Shown piece by piece: positions 18,557-27,735 of a DNA stretch of 64,000 nucleotides (position 1 is the stretch's first letter; every line of letters begins with the position of its first letter). Origin of the DNA: a virus. Its lineage: Duplodnaviria; Caudoviricetes. The notes under the pieces are model-generated. The model was not told the DNA's origin. It saw nothing but the letters and a program-made list of their open reading frames with translations, and did no database searches. The position numbers and the translations under genes are program-made. The stretch lies in the IMG/VR virus record IMGVR_UViG_3300027749_000034; one strand, written 5' to 3'.

Positions 18557-19669
18557 ATGAGTAATTTTACAGAGATGTTGGGCTCAGTTGTTTTATCCGA
18601 AGAGGTGCGTGAGAATATCAACGCCGCTTGGGAAAAACATATAGCCGAAAGCCGTGAAACTGTAACGGCAGAATTGCGTGAAGAATTTGCTTCACGCTAC
18701 GAGCATGATAGAGGACAACTTATCGAAGCAATGGATAAGTTAATGCAAGATACTATCAATGCAGGAGCAACAGATTTAAAATCACTGCGTGAACAAGCAA
18801 TTGTTCAGCGTGTGAAGTATGCTACAAAGATCAAAGAAGATGCTACAATGCTACAAAAATTGGTACTGGAAACACTTGCCAAAGAAATTGCAGAACTTCG
18901 TGGCGATCGTGGCGCACAAAAACAAAGTATTGCTCGCTTAGAAGAATTTGCATTACGCAAGTTAACAGGCGAATTAACTGAATTGCATGAAGATCATAAG
19001 GCATTGGTAAACGCTCGCGTAAAACTAGTGTCTGAGGGTCGTAAAGCAATTAATGAAACTCGTACAGCTTTCATTCAGAAAGCCAGTAGCAAGATCAACG
19101 GTCTAGTTACAGAGTCATTCAAGAAAGAAATGTCACAGTTAAAAACAGATATTCGTGAAGCAAAAGAAAACAACTTTGGTCGTAAGATCATGGAAGCTTT
19201 TGCCGCAGAATTTATGGCATCTAAGTTTGCAGACGGTACTGCCGTTAGCCAGCTTAACAAATCAATTATCGAAATTCAAGGCCAATTGGCCGAGGCTAAT
19301 ACAAAACTAACACATAAAGAAGTACAAATTAGCGAGTCGCTTCGTCGTCAGCGCATTGCGGAAGATCAAGCACAGCGAGTTCGCGTTATGCAAGAATTAT
19401 GTTCACCATTGTCGAAAGACAAGCGTGGCGTTATGGAAGAGTTATTAGAAGGTACTGATACCAGTAAACTAAAAGACCAATTCCAGAAATACTTGCCATC
19501 TGTTCTAAACGAAGAAGTTCGTCGAGAGAAGAAACAACTAGTTGAAGGACAGCAATCACAGAAGACTGTGGTTACAGGTAACAAAGCTCTTAATGAGTCA
19601 GTTACTGCCCCAGCCGAAGCTGATGATACTATTCAGCAACTTCGTAAACTCGCTGGAATTAAGAATTAA
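18557..19669 (+). CDS. gp22: Prohead scaffolding protein
   Basis: Coiled-coil protein between gp21 and gp23. Confidence 0.8.
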   Translation: MSNFTEMLGSVVLSEEVRENINAAWEKHIAESRETVTAELREEFASRYEHDRGQLIEAMDKLMQDTINAGATDLKSLREQAIVQRVKYATKIKEDATMLQKLVLETLAKEIAELRGDRGAQKQSIARLEEFALRKLTGELTELHEDHKALVNARVKLVSEGRKAINETRTAFIQKASSKINGLVTESFKKEMSQLKTDIREAKENNFGRKIMEAFAAEFMASKFADGTAVSQLNKSIIEIQGQLAEANTKLTHKEVQISESLRRQRIAEDQAQRVRVMQELCSPLSKDKRGVMEELLEGTDTSKLKDQFQKYLPSVLNEEVRREKKQLVEGQQSQKTVVTGNKALNESVTAPAEADDTIQQLRKLAGIKN

Positions 19670-19686
19670 TTAAGGAGACATACAAA

Positions 19687-20886
19687 ATGTCACAAGCTCT
19701 ATTTGAAGCTAAAAATTGGTCTGCTACCAAGCAGGCTTTGACAGAAGGCCTAACTGGACAACGCAAGTCCACAATGGAAGTCTGTTTAGAAAATACTAAA
19801 AAGTATTTGACAGAAACTGCAACTGCTGGTGCAACTGCACAGGGTAATGTTGCTGTTCTAAACAAGGTTATTTTGCCAGTTATTCGTCGTGTAATGCCAA
19901 CAACCATTGCTAACGAATTAGTTGGTGTACAACCAATGCAAGGCCCAGTATCGCAGATCCACACATTGCGTGTGCGTTATGCAGATGCCGCATCCGCAAG
20001 TTCAGCCGTAAGCGGCAACGTCGGTAAAGCTATTACTGCAAATGATGAAGCTCTAAGCCCATTCAGCATTGCTACTCAGTATTCTGGTAGCTCAGCTGGT
20101 AAAGCTGAAACCACAGGCACATTAGAAGGTGCCGCTGGTAAGAGAATGAACATCCAGATCTTGAAAGAGACTGTAGAAGCTAAGAGCCGTAGGTTATCAG
20201 CTCGTTGGACATTTGAAGCCGCTCAAGACGCACAAGCCATTCATGGTGTTGACGTTGAAGCAGAAATCATGGCCGCTCTAGCACAAGAAATTACTGCTGA
20301 AATCGACCAAGAAATCATTGGTTCATTGATTGGTTTAGCAGGTAGTGTATTTGGTACATATGACCAAGGTGCAGTTTCTGGTACAGCCAACTTCGTTGGT
20401 GACCAACACGCCGCATTGGCTGTGTTGATCAACCGTGCCGCTAACGACATCGCTAGCCGTACACGTCGTGGTGCAGGTAACTACATTGTTATTAGCCCAA
20501 CAGCGTTGACAATCCTACAATCTGCTACTACCAGCGCATTTGCTCGTACAACAGAAGGTACATTCGAAGCTCCTACAAATACAAAGTTTGTTGGTACATT
20601 GAACAGTTCAGTTCGCGTATATGTTAACCATTACGCTGGCGACGCCGCTCCAGTTCTAGTTGGATACAAAGGTGCAAATGAGATGGATGCTCCTGCATTC
20701 TATTGCCCATACATTCCATTGATGAGTTCTGGTGTTGTGTTAGATCCATCAACATTTGAACCAACTGTCAGCTTCATGACACGATATGGTTATGTTGAAT
20801 TATCAAATGCGTCAAACTCTTTGGGTAACGCTTCTGATTATGTTAACACAATTGCTATCGATGCAACTAACCTAAGCTTCATCTAA
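19687..20886 (+). CDS. gp23: Major capsid protein
   Basis: GVQPMQGP, AKSRRLSARWTFEAAQD, FYCPYIP, MTRYG. Confidence 0.96.
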   Translation: MSQALFEAKNWSATKQALTEGLTGQRKSTMEVCLENTKKYLTETATAGATAQGNVAVLNKVILPVIRRVMPTTIANELVGVQPMQGPVSQIHTLRVRYADAASASSAVSGNVGKAITANDEALSPFSIATQYSGSSAGKAETTGTLEGAAGKRMNIQILKETVEAKSRRLSARWTFEAAQDAQAIHGVDVEAEIMAALAQEITAEIDQEIIGSLIGLAGSVFGTYDQGAVSGTANFVGDQHAALAVLINRAANDIASRTRRGAGNYIVISPTALTILQSATTSAFARTTEGTFEAPTNTKFVGTLNSSVRVYVNHYAGDAAPVLVGYKGANEMDAPAFYCPYIPLMSSGVVLDPSTFEPTVSFMTRYGYVELSNASNSLGNASDYVNTIAIDATNLSFI

Positions 20887-20910
20887 TCTACTGATTAGTT
20901 AAGTTTATAC

Positions 20911-20936
20911 AAAAAGGGCTCTTCGGAGCCCTTTTT
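20911..20936 (+). terminator. Rho-independent terminator
   Basis: AAAAAGGGCTC-TTCG-GAGCCCTTTTT after gp23. Confidence 0.9.
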
Positions 20937-20953
20937 CATTGCATAAGTACAGC

Positions 20954-21157
20954 ATGTTTGTAGATATAAAAACAAAATTGGAACGGGCCAGCCACTGTCA
21001 AAAGTGTGAATGGTACTATAGACCTGCAAGACAATGTAGACAATGTGGATGCTTTATAAATTTTAAAATAATTTTAGAAAGCGAATCTTGCCCAATAGGT
21101 AAATGGACCAAAATACATACTGCAAAAACATCCGCTTTGGTAAATACTCCTAAATAA
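20954..21157 (+). CDS. Small Cys-rich putative metal-binding protein
   Basis: CQKC...CRQCGC...CPIGKW; TAAGTA 4 nt upstream. Confidence 0.6.
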   Translation: MFVDIKTKLERASHCQKCEWYYRPARQCRQCGCFINFKIILESESCPIGKWTKIHTAKTSALVNTPK

Positions 21158-21167
21158 GGAGGCCGCA

Positions 21168-21842
21168 ATGCCAAAATTAGATGATTATGACGACAGTCAT
21201 GCAACGAATCCTGTAAGCGACACAGCTAAAAATTCGATCGCGAATAAGGTATCAAGTGGAACATCAACACTTGTTACAGCCACACCGTCAAGTTCTGGAT
21301 TTGGTTCAGCACCTGCCTCAGGTGGTTTTGGTAGTACTACCCCAGCAAGTGGATTTGGTGGCGCAAGCACTAGTGGATTTGGTGGCGCAAGCACCAGTGG
21401 ATTTGGCGGGTCCGGTTTCAGTGGAGCAAGCGCCAGCGGCTTTGGTGCTGGCTCAAGTACCTTTGGTGCTAGTTCATCCAGCATGTCTCAAACAAATTCG
21501 TTCAGTGGCACTGGCCAATCCAATAGCAATTTAACAAGCACTGGCGGAGCCATGCAAGAAGGCGGTACCACGACAATTGAAGCATCAAAAGGATTTGGAG
21601 ATTTTATCAATAGCAAATGGCGCCCAATGATGGCAGTGATTTATATGATTACCTGTTGCACAGACTTTGTAATATTTCCAGTGCTATGGTCAATAATGCA
21701 ATCATTATTTCATGGGTCGGTTACAAGTCAATGGTCACCACTAACACTACAAGGCGCTGGCCTGTATCACATTGCCATGGGTGCTGTATTAGGTTTAGCG
21801 GCATATGGTCGTAGTCAAGAAAAGATTGCAGGTAAAGCATAA
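21168..21842 (+). CDS. Holin-like membrane protein (3TM GTA-holin-like) with an FG/Ser/Gly-rich N-terminus
   Basis: C-terminal WRPMMAVIYM...DFVIFP...MGAVLGLAAYGRSQEK hydrophobic segments; AGGAGG SD. Confidence 0.6.
   Translation: MPKLDDYDDSHATNPVSDTAKNSIANKVSSGTSTLVTATPSSSGFGSAPASGGFGSTTPASGFGGASTSGFGGASTSGFGGSGFSGASASGFGAGSSTFGASSSSMSQTNSFSGTGQSNSNLTSTGGAMQEGGTTTIEASKGFGDFINSKWRPMMAVIYMITCCTDFVIFPVLWSIMQSLFHGSVTSQWSPLTLQGAGLYHIAMGAVLGLAAYGRSQEKIAGKA
21348..21409 (+). repeat. 24-bp tandem repeat (2.6 copies) encoding SGFGGAST
   Basis: AGTGGATTTGGTGGCGCAAGCAC(T/C) x2 plus a partial copy. Confidence 0.9.
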
Positions 21843-23008
21843 TGACAATTAAAATTAATCACTCTCAAGAATCTTTTACACCAGAATCTGGTGTTTTAAA
21901 AATTGAAGGTAAAGGAGCCTTAAAGCTTCCCAGCGGGCCCGAATCAGACCGCCCAGTGATTAGTGCCGCCGGCTATGTTAGATTTGATCAAACTGTAACC
22001 AAACCTGAATTCTTTGATGGCACCAATTGGCAAACAATCACAGATAAAGTTTATGTTGACAACAAGGTTGCAACAGAGTTGACCAGAGCAACCGGCGCAG
22101 AATCAGTGTTAGATCTTAAAATTGATAATTTAGATTTAAATGCATTGACTGATGTAAACATTACAAATCCAACAGACGGCCAAGTAATTACATTTGACTC
22201 GGCACTGGGACTTTTTAGAACACAGACACAAGCATTCAGTGCAATCACAAAAATATTTTCTGGTGATGAATCAACAATGACATTTGATCTGCAGATGTCA
22301 GTGGCTGGAGTAAACAACTTGGTTGTATCTGTAAATGGAATACAACAAGAACCATTTTACAGTTTTAATTTGATTGATGGGCACATACTTGCATTTGATG
22401 AACCTCCAGAACAAAATGATAGAATTTTAGTCAGGGTGTTGAAGAGCACAGTTTCAAGTGACAGGCCTAGACCCAACATTGTTGGATTGTATTATGCCAC
22501 TCTTTCTAATTTTACCACAATTACAATTGTTGCAACAGATATAACATATGGCACATCAGTTAAAATTGGCGGTAAGGCAATTACTAGAATTGATTATCCG
22601 TCATCAGACCGCATGCAAGTCATGATCGAAACTTCATTGATGTCAACTCAGTTTTGGCAACAGTCGCAGGATTTGACAATAGTCGACACCAGTGGCAATG
22701 AGTTTGTGTTTCCAGGCCTTATTAGGGTAGGAACCAATCAGCCACATTGGACAGACTCAACCAGCTATATCGGAACATTTTCCGGTGGAGACAGCGTTAT
22801 TTTTCCAATTGGAGTAAATAATGCTACAAACTTTACTATTGATCCAGCATATGATGGAGAAGCCGCAATTTCGTGGCTATCAATTAGTGGAGGTAATATC
22901 GTTGGTACTGCTCCTCAAAACAGTAGTCCAAGCAGATATGAAGTAAAAATTACAGCCAGTGATGGTAGCGTTTATATAACGAAAAACTACTGGTTGTTAG
23001 TGATATAA
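21842..23008 (+). CDS. Virion structural protein (fibre/baseplate-associated)
   Basis: ALKLPSG...RP...GYVRFD...EFFDGTNW and VSVNGIQQEP modules typical of large-phage structural proteins. Confidence 0.55.
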   Translation: MTIKINHSQESFTPESGVLKIEGKGALKLPSGPESDRPVISAAGYVRFDQTVTKPEFFDGTNWQTITDKVYVDNKVATELTRATGAESVLDLKIDNLDLNALTDVNITNPTDGQVITFDSALGLFRTQTQAFSAITKIFSGDESTMTFDLQMSVAGVNNLVVSVNGIQQEPFYSFNLIDGHILAFDEPPEQNDRILVRVLKSTVSSDRPRPNIVGLYYATLSNFTTITIVATDITYGTSVKIGGKAITRIDYPSSDRMQVMIETSLMSTQFWQQSQDLTIVDTSGNEFVFPGLIRVGTNQPHWTDSTSYIGTFSGGDSVIFPIGVNNATNFTIDPAYDGEAAISWLSISGGNIVGTAPQNSSPSRYEVKITASDGSVYITKNYWLLVI

Positions 23009-23087
23009 TATATTCTCATGTTGGTTGGCACCATACTTAAAAATGCCAAGATTAGAGTTCACTAGAACTCTTTAAGAGGATAAAAAA

Positions 23088-26000
23088 ATGCCAATTATTA
23101 AAGCCAGGTCAAGTTCCCTATCAGGATCGTTGGACCTTCGTGGAACTCCTACGGCGCCAACCGCGTCACAGTCAGTACACACAACCCAAGTTGCTACAAC
23201 AGCCTATGTTGGAACAGCCGTAACAAATTTAATTAACTCTGCTCCTTCAGTACTAGACACACTATCTGAATTAGCAAGTGCGATTAACAATGATGCAAGT
23301 TTTACATCAACAGTCACTACAGCACTAGCTGGTAAACTGGCCAAAGCCGGCGACACAATGTCAGGTTTCTTGGTATTGAATGCTGATCCAGTTGCCAACT
23401 TAGGTGCTACAACCAAGCAATATGTTGATTCGTTGATCAATGGAATTACAATTAATAGTACAGACGATGTACCAGAAGGTTCAAATAACCTATACTACTT
23501 GACAACTCGTGTTCGTGGTGATATTTCATTGTCAAGCAATAACACCAGTGTTTTAGACTATAACAGTACAACTGGTGCGTTCACATACTCACATCCAACA
23601 AGTGATGGCGTATTAGAAGGTACTACAAATGTATATTTTACCAATGCAAGAGCTAGAACAGCAGTTAGTTTAACAACCGACGACAACAGTATTTTAACAT
23701 ACAGCAGTAGTACTGGTGGATTTACTTTTGCTAAACCAGACACAGATAAAGTAGCAGAAGGTTCAACCCACTTATACTTTACAACAGCCCGTGCTCGTGC
23801 AAGTGTAAGCAATGGTTCCAATATTGCTTATGATTCAGCTACTGGTATTATCAGTACACAAGCCGCAGTTTGGTCAGTTAACGGACAAAACCACACAGTG
23901 GTATTGACAACTTCTGACATCGCCGAAGGTACAAATTTATATTATACAGATACAAGAGCCCGTGCCGCAGTAAGTTTAACAACTGGCAACTCTAATCTTT
24001 TAGCCTATAACGCAACAACCGGTATTTTCACATTTGTAGTACCAACTACAACTGATATCGCTGAAGGTACAAATTTATATTATACAAACACAAGAGCCAG
24101 AGCCGCAATCAGTGCAACAGGTTGGGATAGACTAAGTTATACTGCTGGAACAGGTGTTATCAATATTACTGCTCCAAACACAACCAATGTTGCAGAAGAT
24201 CCAGCCGCGACAGTATCAAGTGGTACCATGTATTTCACTAACGCTCGTGTCAAGGCCGCAATCAGTGCAGTTGATGCAGGTGGTGATGGTAGTTTTGCAT
24301 ATGACTCTGCAACTGGTGCATTTACTTACACAGGTCCAAGTGATGCTGAAGTTCGCGCACACTTTAGTGCCGCAACAAGTGGAACTGGTTGGGGTGGATT
24401 GACATATGACTCAGCAACTGGTGTTAATACATTTGCCAAAGTAACAGATGCAAATATTCGTCAAGCATTGAGCGCCGCAACAAGTGGTACTGGCTTTGGT
24501 GGATTGACATATGACTCAGCAACTGGTGTAGTTACATTTGCCAAAGTCACAGCCGCTGATGTTCGTGGCAATTTAAGTGCTACAACAGCTTCAGGTGCCA
24601 CATATGACTCAGCAACTGGTGTTATTGCATTGGCTAACATTCCAAATGCAAGTTTGACAAACAGCAAAGTTACACTTAACACACATGATGTTTCATTGGG
24701 TGGTAGTTTAACATTAAATGCTGATGACATTGCTGAAGCTGTTGGTGGAACCAACAAGTACTTGACAGATGCACGATGGGATACAAGACTTGCTACTAAG
24801 ACAACAACCAATCTTGCAGAAGGTACTAACTTATATTATACAACAGCTAGATTTGATACACAATTAGCCACTAAGACAACAACCAATCTTGCAGAAGGCA
24901 CTAACCTGTACTACACAAATGCTCGTGCCAGAGCCGCATTAGTTGGTGGAACTGGTGTATCATACAATACTAGCACTGGCGAAATTGCAATTGGACAGGC
25001 TGTAGAGACATCAAGCAATGTTACTTTTGGTAATGTTACAGTTGGTGGTGATTTGACAGTTAACGGTACAATGACTGCTGTAAATTCAACAGTTGTTACA
25101 ATTGCTGATAAAAATATCACACTTGGTGCAGGTGCCGCAGATGCGTCAGCCGCTAACGGTGCTGGTATTACAGTAGATGGCGCAGGCGCAACAATTACCT
25201 ATGTTTCAAGTTCAGACAAATGGGCATTGAACAAAGGCTTGACTGTAGCAGGTGACTTGAGTATTACTGGTGGACTGGCCGCACCAAGCTTTACTGGTGA
25301 CTTAAACGGTAGCGTATCGGGTGCGTCAGGTACATTTAGTTCGTTGATTAACGGACGAGTTGTATTTGCTGGATCTGCAGGCCTATTAAGTTCTGATTCA
25401 GATCTAACATTTTTAACTGACACACTAACTGCTACAAAAATAGTTGGCACAACAAGTGTTTCTACTGCTAGTTTGACAGCAAGCTCATTGACAAGCGGTC
25501 GTGTTACATTTGCTGGCACAGCTGGACTACTAAGCGATAATGCTGGTTTGACATTTGCCGCAGGTGTATTAACATCTACAGTTGGTTTTGCTGGTGCATT
25601 GACAGGTAATGTTACAGGTAACCTGACTGGTAATGTAACTGGACAAGTTAGTGATATTAGTAATCACAACACAAGTCAATTAGCAGAAGATCCAGCCGCG
25701 ACAGTATCAAGTGGCACCATGTACTTTACACAGGCCCGTGCCCGTAGTACTTTAAGTGTAGTTGATGCAGGTGGTGATGGCAGTTTTGCATATGACTCTG
25801 CAACTGGTGCATTTACTTACACAGGTCCAAGTCCAACTGAAGTTCGCGCACACTTTAGTGCCACAGCAAGTGGAACTGGTTGGGGCGATTTGACTTATGC
25901 CGCAGGTGTATTCACATACGCAAAAGTAACAGATGCAAACATTCGTCAAGCAGTGAGCGCAACAACAGTAAGTGGTGTAACTTATAGTTCATCAACTGGT

Positions 26001-27029
26001 GTTATTGCACTAGCCGCTATTCCAAATAGCAGTTTGACAAACAGCAAAGTTACAATTAACACACATGATGTTTCATTGGGTACTAGCTTGGTATTGAACA
26101 CAGATGATGTACAAGAACTTGGTTCACCAACCAACAAGTACTTCACTGACACTCGTGCTAGAAATGCTATTAGTTTGACCACAAGCAAAAACACAGTATT
26201 GTCATACAATGCCACAACTGGTGTATTTGTATTTGACTTGGCCCATACAACAACTGATGATGTTGCAGAAGGTGCAACCAACAAGTACTACACTGACACT
26301 CGTGCAAGAGCCGCTATCAGTAACGGTGCCAACATTGACTATGACAACACAACAGGCGTTGTCAGCACACAGGCCGCTGTATGGTCAGTCAACGGACAAA
26401 ACCACACAGTTGTTCTATCAAGTGATGACATTTCTGATCTTGGTCGTACAAACAAATGGTTTACAAATGCTCAGGCTCGTGCCGCAATTACATTAACATC
26501 AAATGATACTAATGTATTAAGCTACAACGGTGGTACTGGTGTATTCACATACGCAAAACCAAATACTGATGCAGTTGCAGAAGGTTCAACTAACCTGTAC
26601 TATACCAATGCAAGAGCAGATGCTCGTATTGCAGCCGCAAGTATTAATGCATTGGCCGACGTTGACACAACAGTTGGTTTATCTGATGGTTACACACTGG
26701 TTTGGTCTGCCGCAGGAAGCAAGTTTGTTCCACAGAACATTGCTACTTCAAGTACATCATTGAACTTTACCGGTGATGGCACAACATTAAGTTACAGTAC
26801 TGGTGTTTTAGTAAGCTCAATTGACAATACACAAGTGTATGTCAACGGTTTAATCCAAGCACCTACATACTCTTATAGTATTTCTACTACAAGTGGTATA
26901 ACAAGTATTGTATTAACTGAAGCTCCGGAACAAGACGATTATATCTATATTCGCGTAAGTTCAGTCTCTGGCTTGACAGCTGGTGGTGTTCTAAATGAGT
27001 CTAGTACAATCGACGGTGGTACATACTAA
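23088..27029 (+). CDS. Long repetitive tail-fibre-like protein
   Basis: GTPTAPT...TTQVATTAYV...LDTLSELA fibre motif; about 14 EGxxNxYxTxxRAR-type repeats. Confidence 0.75.
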   Translation: MPIIKARSSSLSGSLDLRGTPTAPTASQSVHTTQVATTAYVGTAVTNLINSAPSVLDTLSELASAINNDASFTSTVTTALAGKLAKAGDTMSGFLVLNADPVANLGATTKQYVDSLINGITINSTDDVPEGSNNLYYLTTRVRGDISLSSNNTSVLDYNSTTGAFTYSHPTSDGVLEGTTNVYFTNARARTAVSLTTDDNSILTYSSSTGGFTFAKPDTDKVAEGSTHLYFTTARARASVSNGSNIAYDSATGIISTQAAVWSVNGQNHTVVLTTSDIAEGTNLYYTDTRARAAVSLTTGNSNLLAYNATTGIFTFVVPTTTDIAEGTNLYYTNTRARAAISATGWDRLSYTAGTGVINITAPNTTNVAEDPAATVSSGTMYFTNARVKAAISAVDAGGDGSFAYDSATGAFTYTGPSDAEVRAHFSAATSGTGWGGLTYDSATGVNTFAKVTDANIRQALSAATSGTGFGGLTYDSATGVVTFAKVTAADVRGNLSATTASGATYDSATGVIALANIPNASLTNSKVTLNTHDVSLGGSLTLNADDIAEAVGGTNKYLTDARWDTRLATKTTTNLAEGTNLYYTTARFDTQLATKTTTNLAEGTNLYYTNARARAALVGGTGVSYNTSTGEIAIGQAVETSSNVTFGNVTVGGDLTVNGTMTAVNSTVVTIADKNITLGAGAADASAANGAGITVDGAGATITYVSSSDKWALNKGLTVAGDLSITGGLAAPSFTGDLNGSVSGASGTFSSLINGRVVFAGSAGLLSSDSDLTFLTDTLTATKIVGTTSVSTASLTASSLTSGRVTFAGTAGLLSDNAGLTFAAGVLTSTVGFAGALTGNVTGNLTGNVTGQVSDISNHNTSQLAEDPAATVSSGTMYFTQARARSTLSVVDAGGDGSFAYDSATGAFTYTGPSPTEVRAHFSATASGTGWGDLTYAAGVFTYAKVTDANIRQAVSATTVSGVTYSSSTGVIALAAIPNSSLTNSKVTINTHDVSLGTSLVLNTDDVQELGSPTNKYFTDTRARNAISLTTSKNTVLSYNATTGVFVFDLAHTTTDDVAEGATNKYYTDTRARAAISNGANIDYDNTTGVVSTQAAVWSVNGQNHTVVLSSDDISDLGRTNKWFTNAQARAAITLTSNDTNVLSYNGGTGVFTYAKPNTDAVAEGSTNLYYTNARADARIAAASINALADVDTTVGLSDGYTLVWSAAGSKFVPQNIATSSTSLNFTGDGTTLSYSTGVLVSSIDNTQVYVNGLIQAPTYSYSISTTSGITSIVLTEAPEQDDYIYIRVSSVSGLTAGGVLNESSTIDGGTY
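24192..25960 (+). repeat. Internal duplications in the fibre gene
   Basis: About 280-bp block at ~24192-24475 recurs at ~25683-25960; tandem units near 24370-24620 and 24790-24920. Confidence 0.8.
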
Positions 27030-27060
27030 TCTAATTTAGAATCTAAATTGGTTGAGTAAA

Positions 27061-27090
27061 AGGGAGGGCATAGGAAACTATGCCTTTCCT
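27061..27090 (+). terminator. GAAA-loop hairpin after the fibre gene
   Basis: AGGGAGGGCATAG-GAAA-CTATGCCTTTCCT; no + strand U-tract; followed by TAAATA (27093). Confidence 0.5.
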
Positions 27091-27131
27091 GCTAAATACT
27101 GCGTCAAATTGACTTTGAGGTAAGAGTATAA

Positions 27132-27632
27132 ATGCCAATATTTCGCGGTAGAAATTTAGTAAGTGCAATCTCAGACTATAAAGATAGTGCAAGAGTTGTG
27201 CTTCGTTCCCCTATTGACCTGGCCAATTCTGTTTTTACAATTGACGGAGTGACACTGAACGATAAAGATAGGGTATTGTTGGCTGGCCAAAGTCCAGCAA
27301 CTACCAACGGAATTTATACCTGGTCGGCCAGCACTAATAAACTCACAAGATCAAAGGACGCAGATAGTAGCGTAGAGTTGACTTCCGGCGCCAAAGTGTA
27401 TGTGGAAGAAGGAACTATTAACGAAAAAACAACATGGACTGTGATCACTGCAGGAAATTTTACAATTGGCACATCAAGTATTGTATTTGCCAAAGAAAGC
27501 AGAATTGGTCCAGTTGATTTATCTGGAGCCTACGGCGCTTCTACCAAAACCCTAACAATAACATTAAACGAGTCCGGCCAAATTGACTCAATCGCCCAAT
27601 CAGACATAGCTCTCGATGGCGGCGAATTCTAA
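27132..27632 (+). CDS. Structural fibre-associated protein
   Basis: IDGVTL...DRVLLAGQ...NGIY...RSKDAD...VYVEEG module common in phage fibre proteins. Confidence 0.55.
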   Translation: MPIFRGRNLVSAISDYKDSARVVLRSPIDLANSVFTIDGVTLNDKDRVLLAGQSPATTNGIYTWSASTNKLTRSKDADSSVELTSGAKVYVEEGTINEKTTWTVITAGNFTIGTSSIVFAKESRIGPVDLSGAYGASTKTLTITLNESGQIDSIAQSDIALDGGEF

Positions 27633-27735
27633 AATATTCAAGTACTACCACTGATTATTGGTTGGTCCTGGTAAATAGCTTTGGAAAGAATGGACGAAAC
27701 CCATCAATAGACCAAAAAGGGAGTAGATACTCAAA

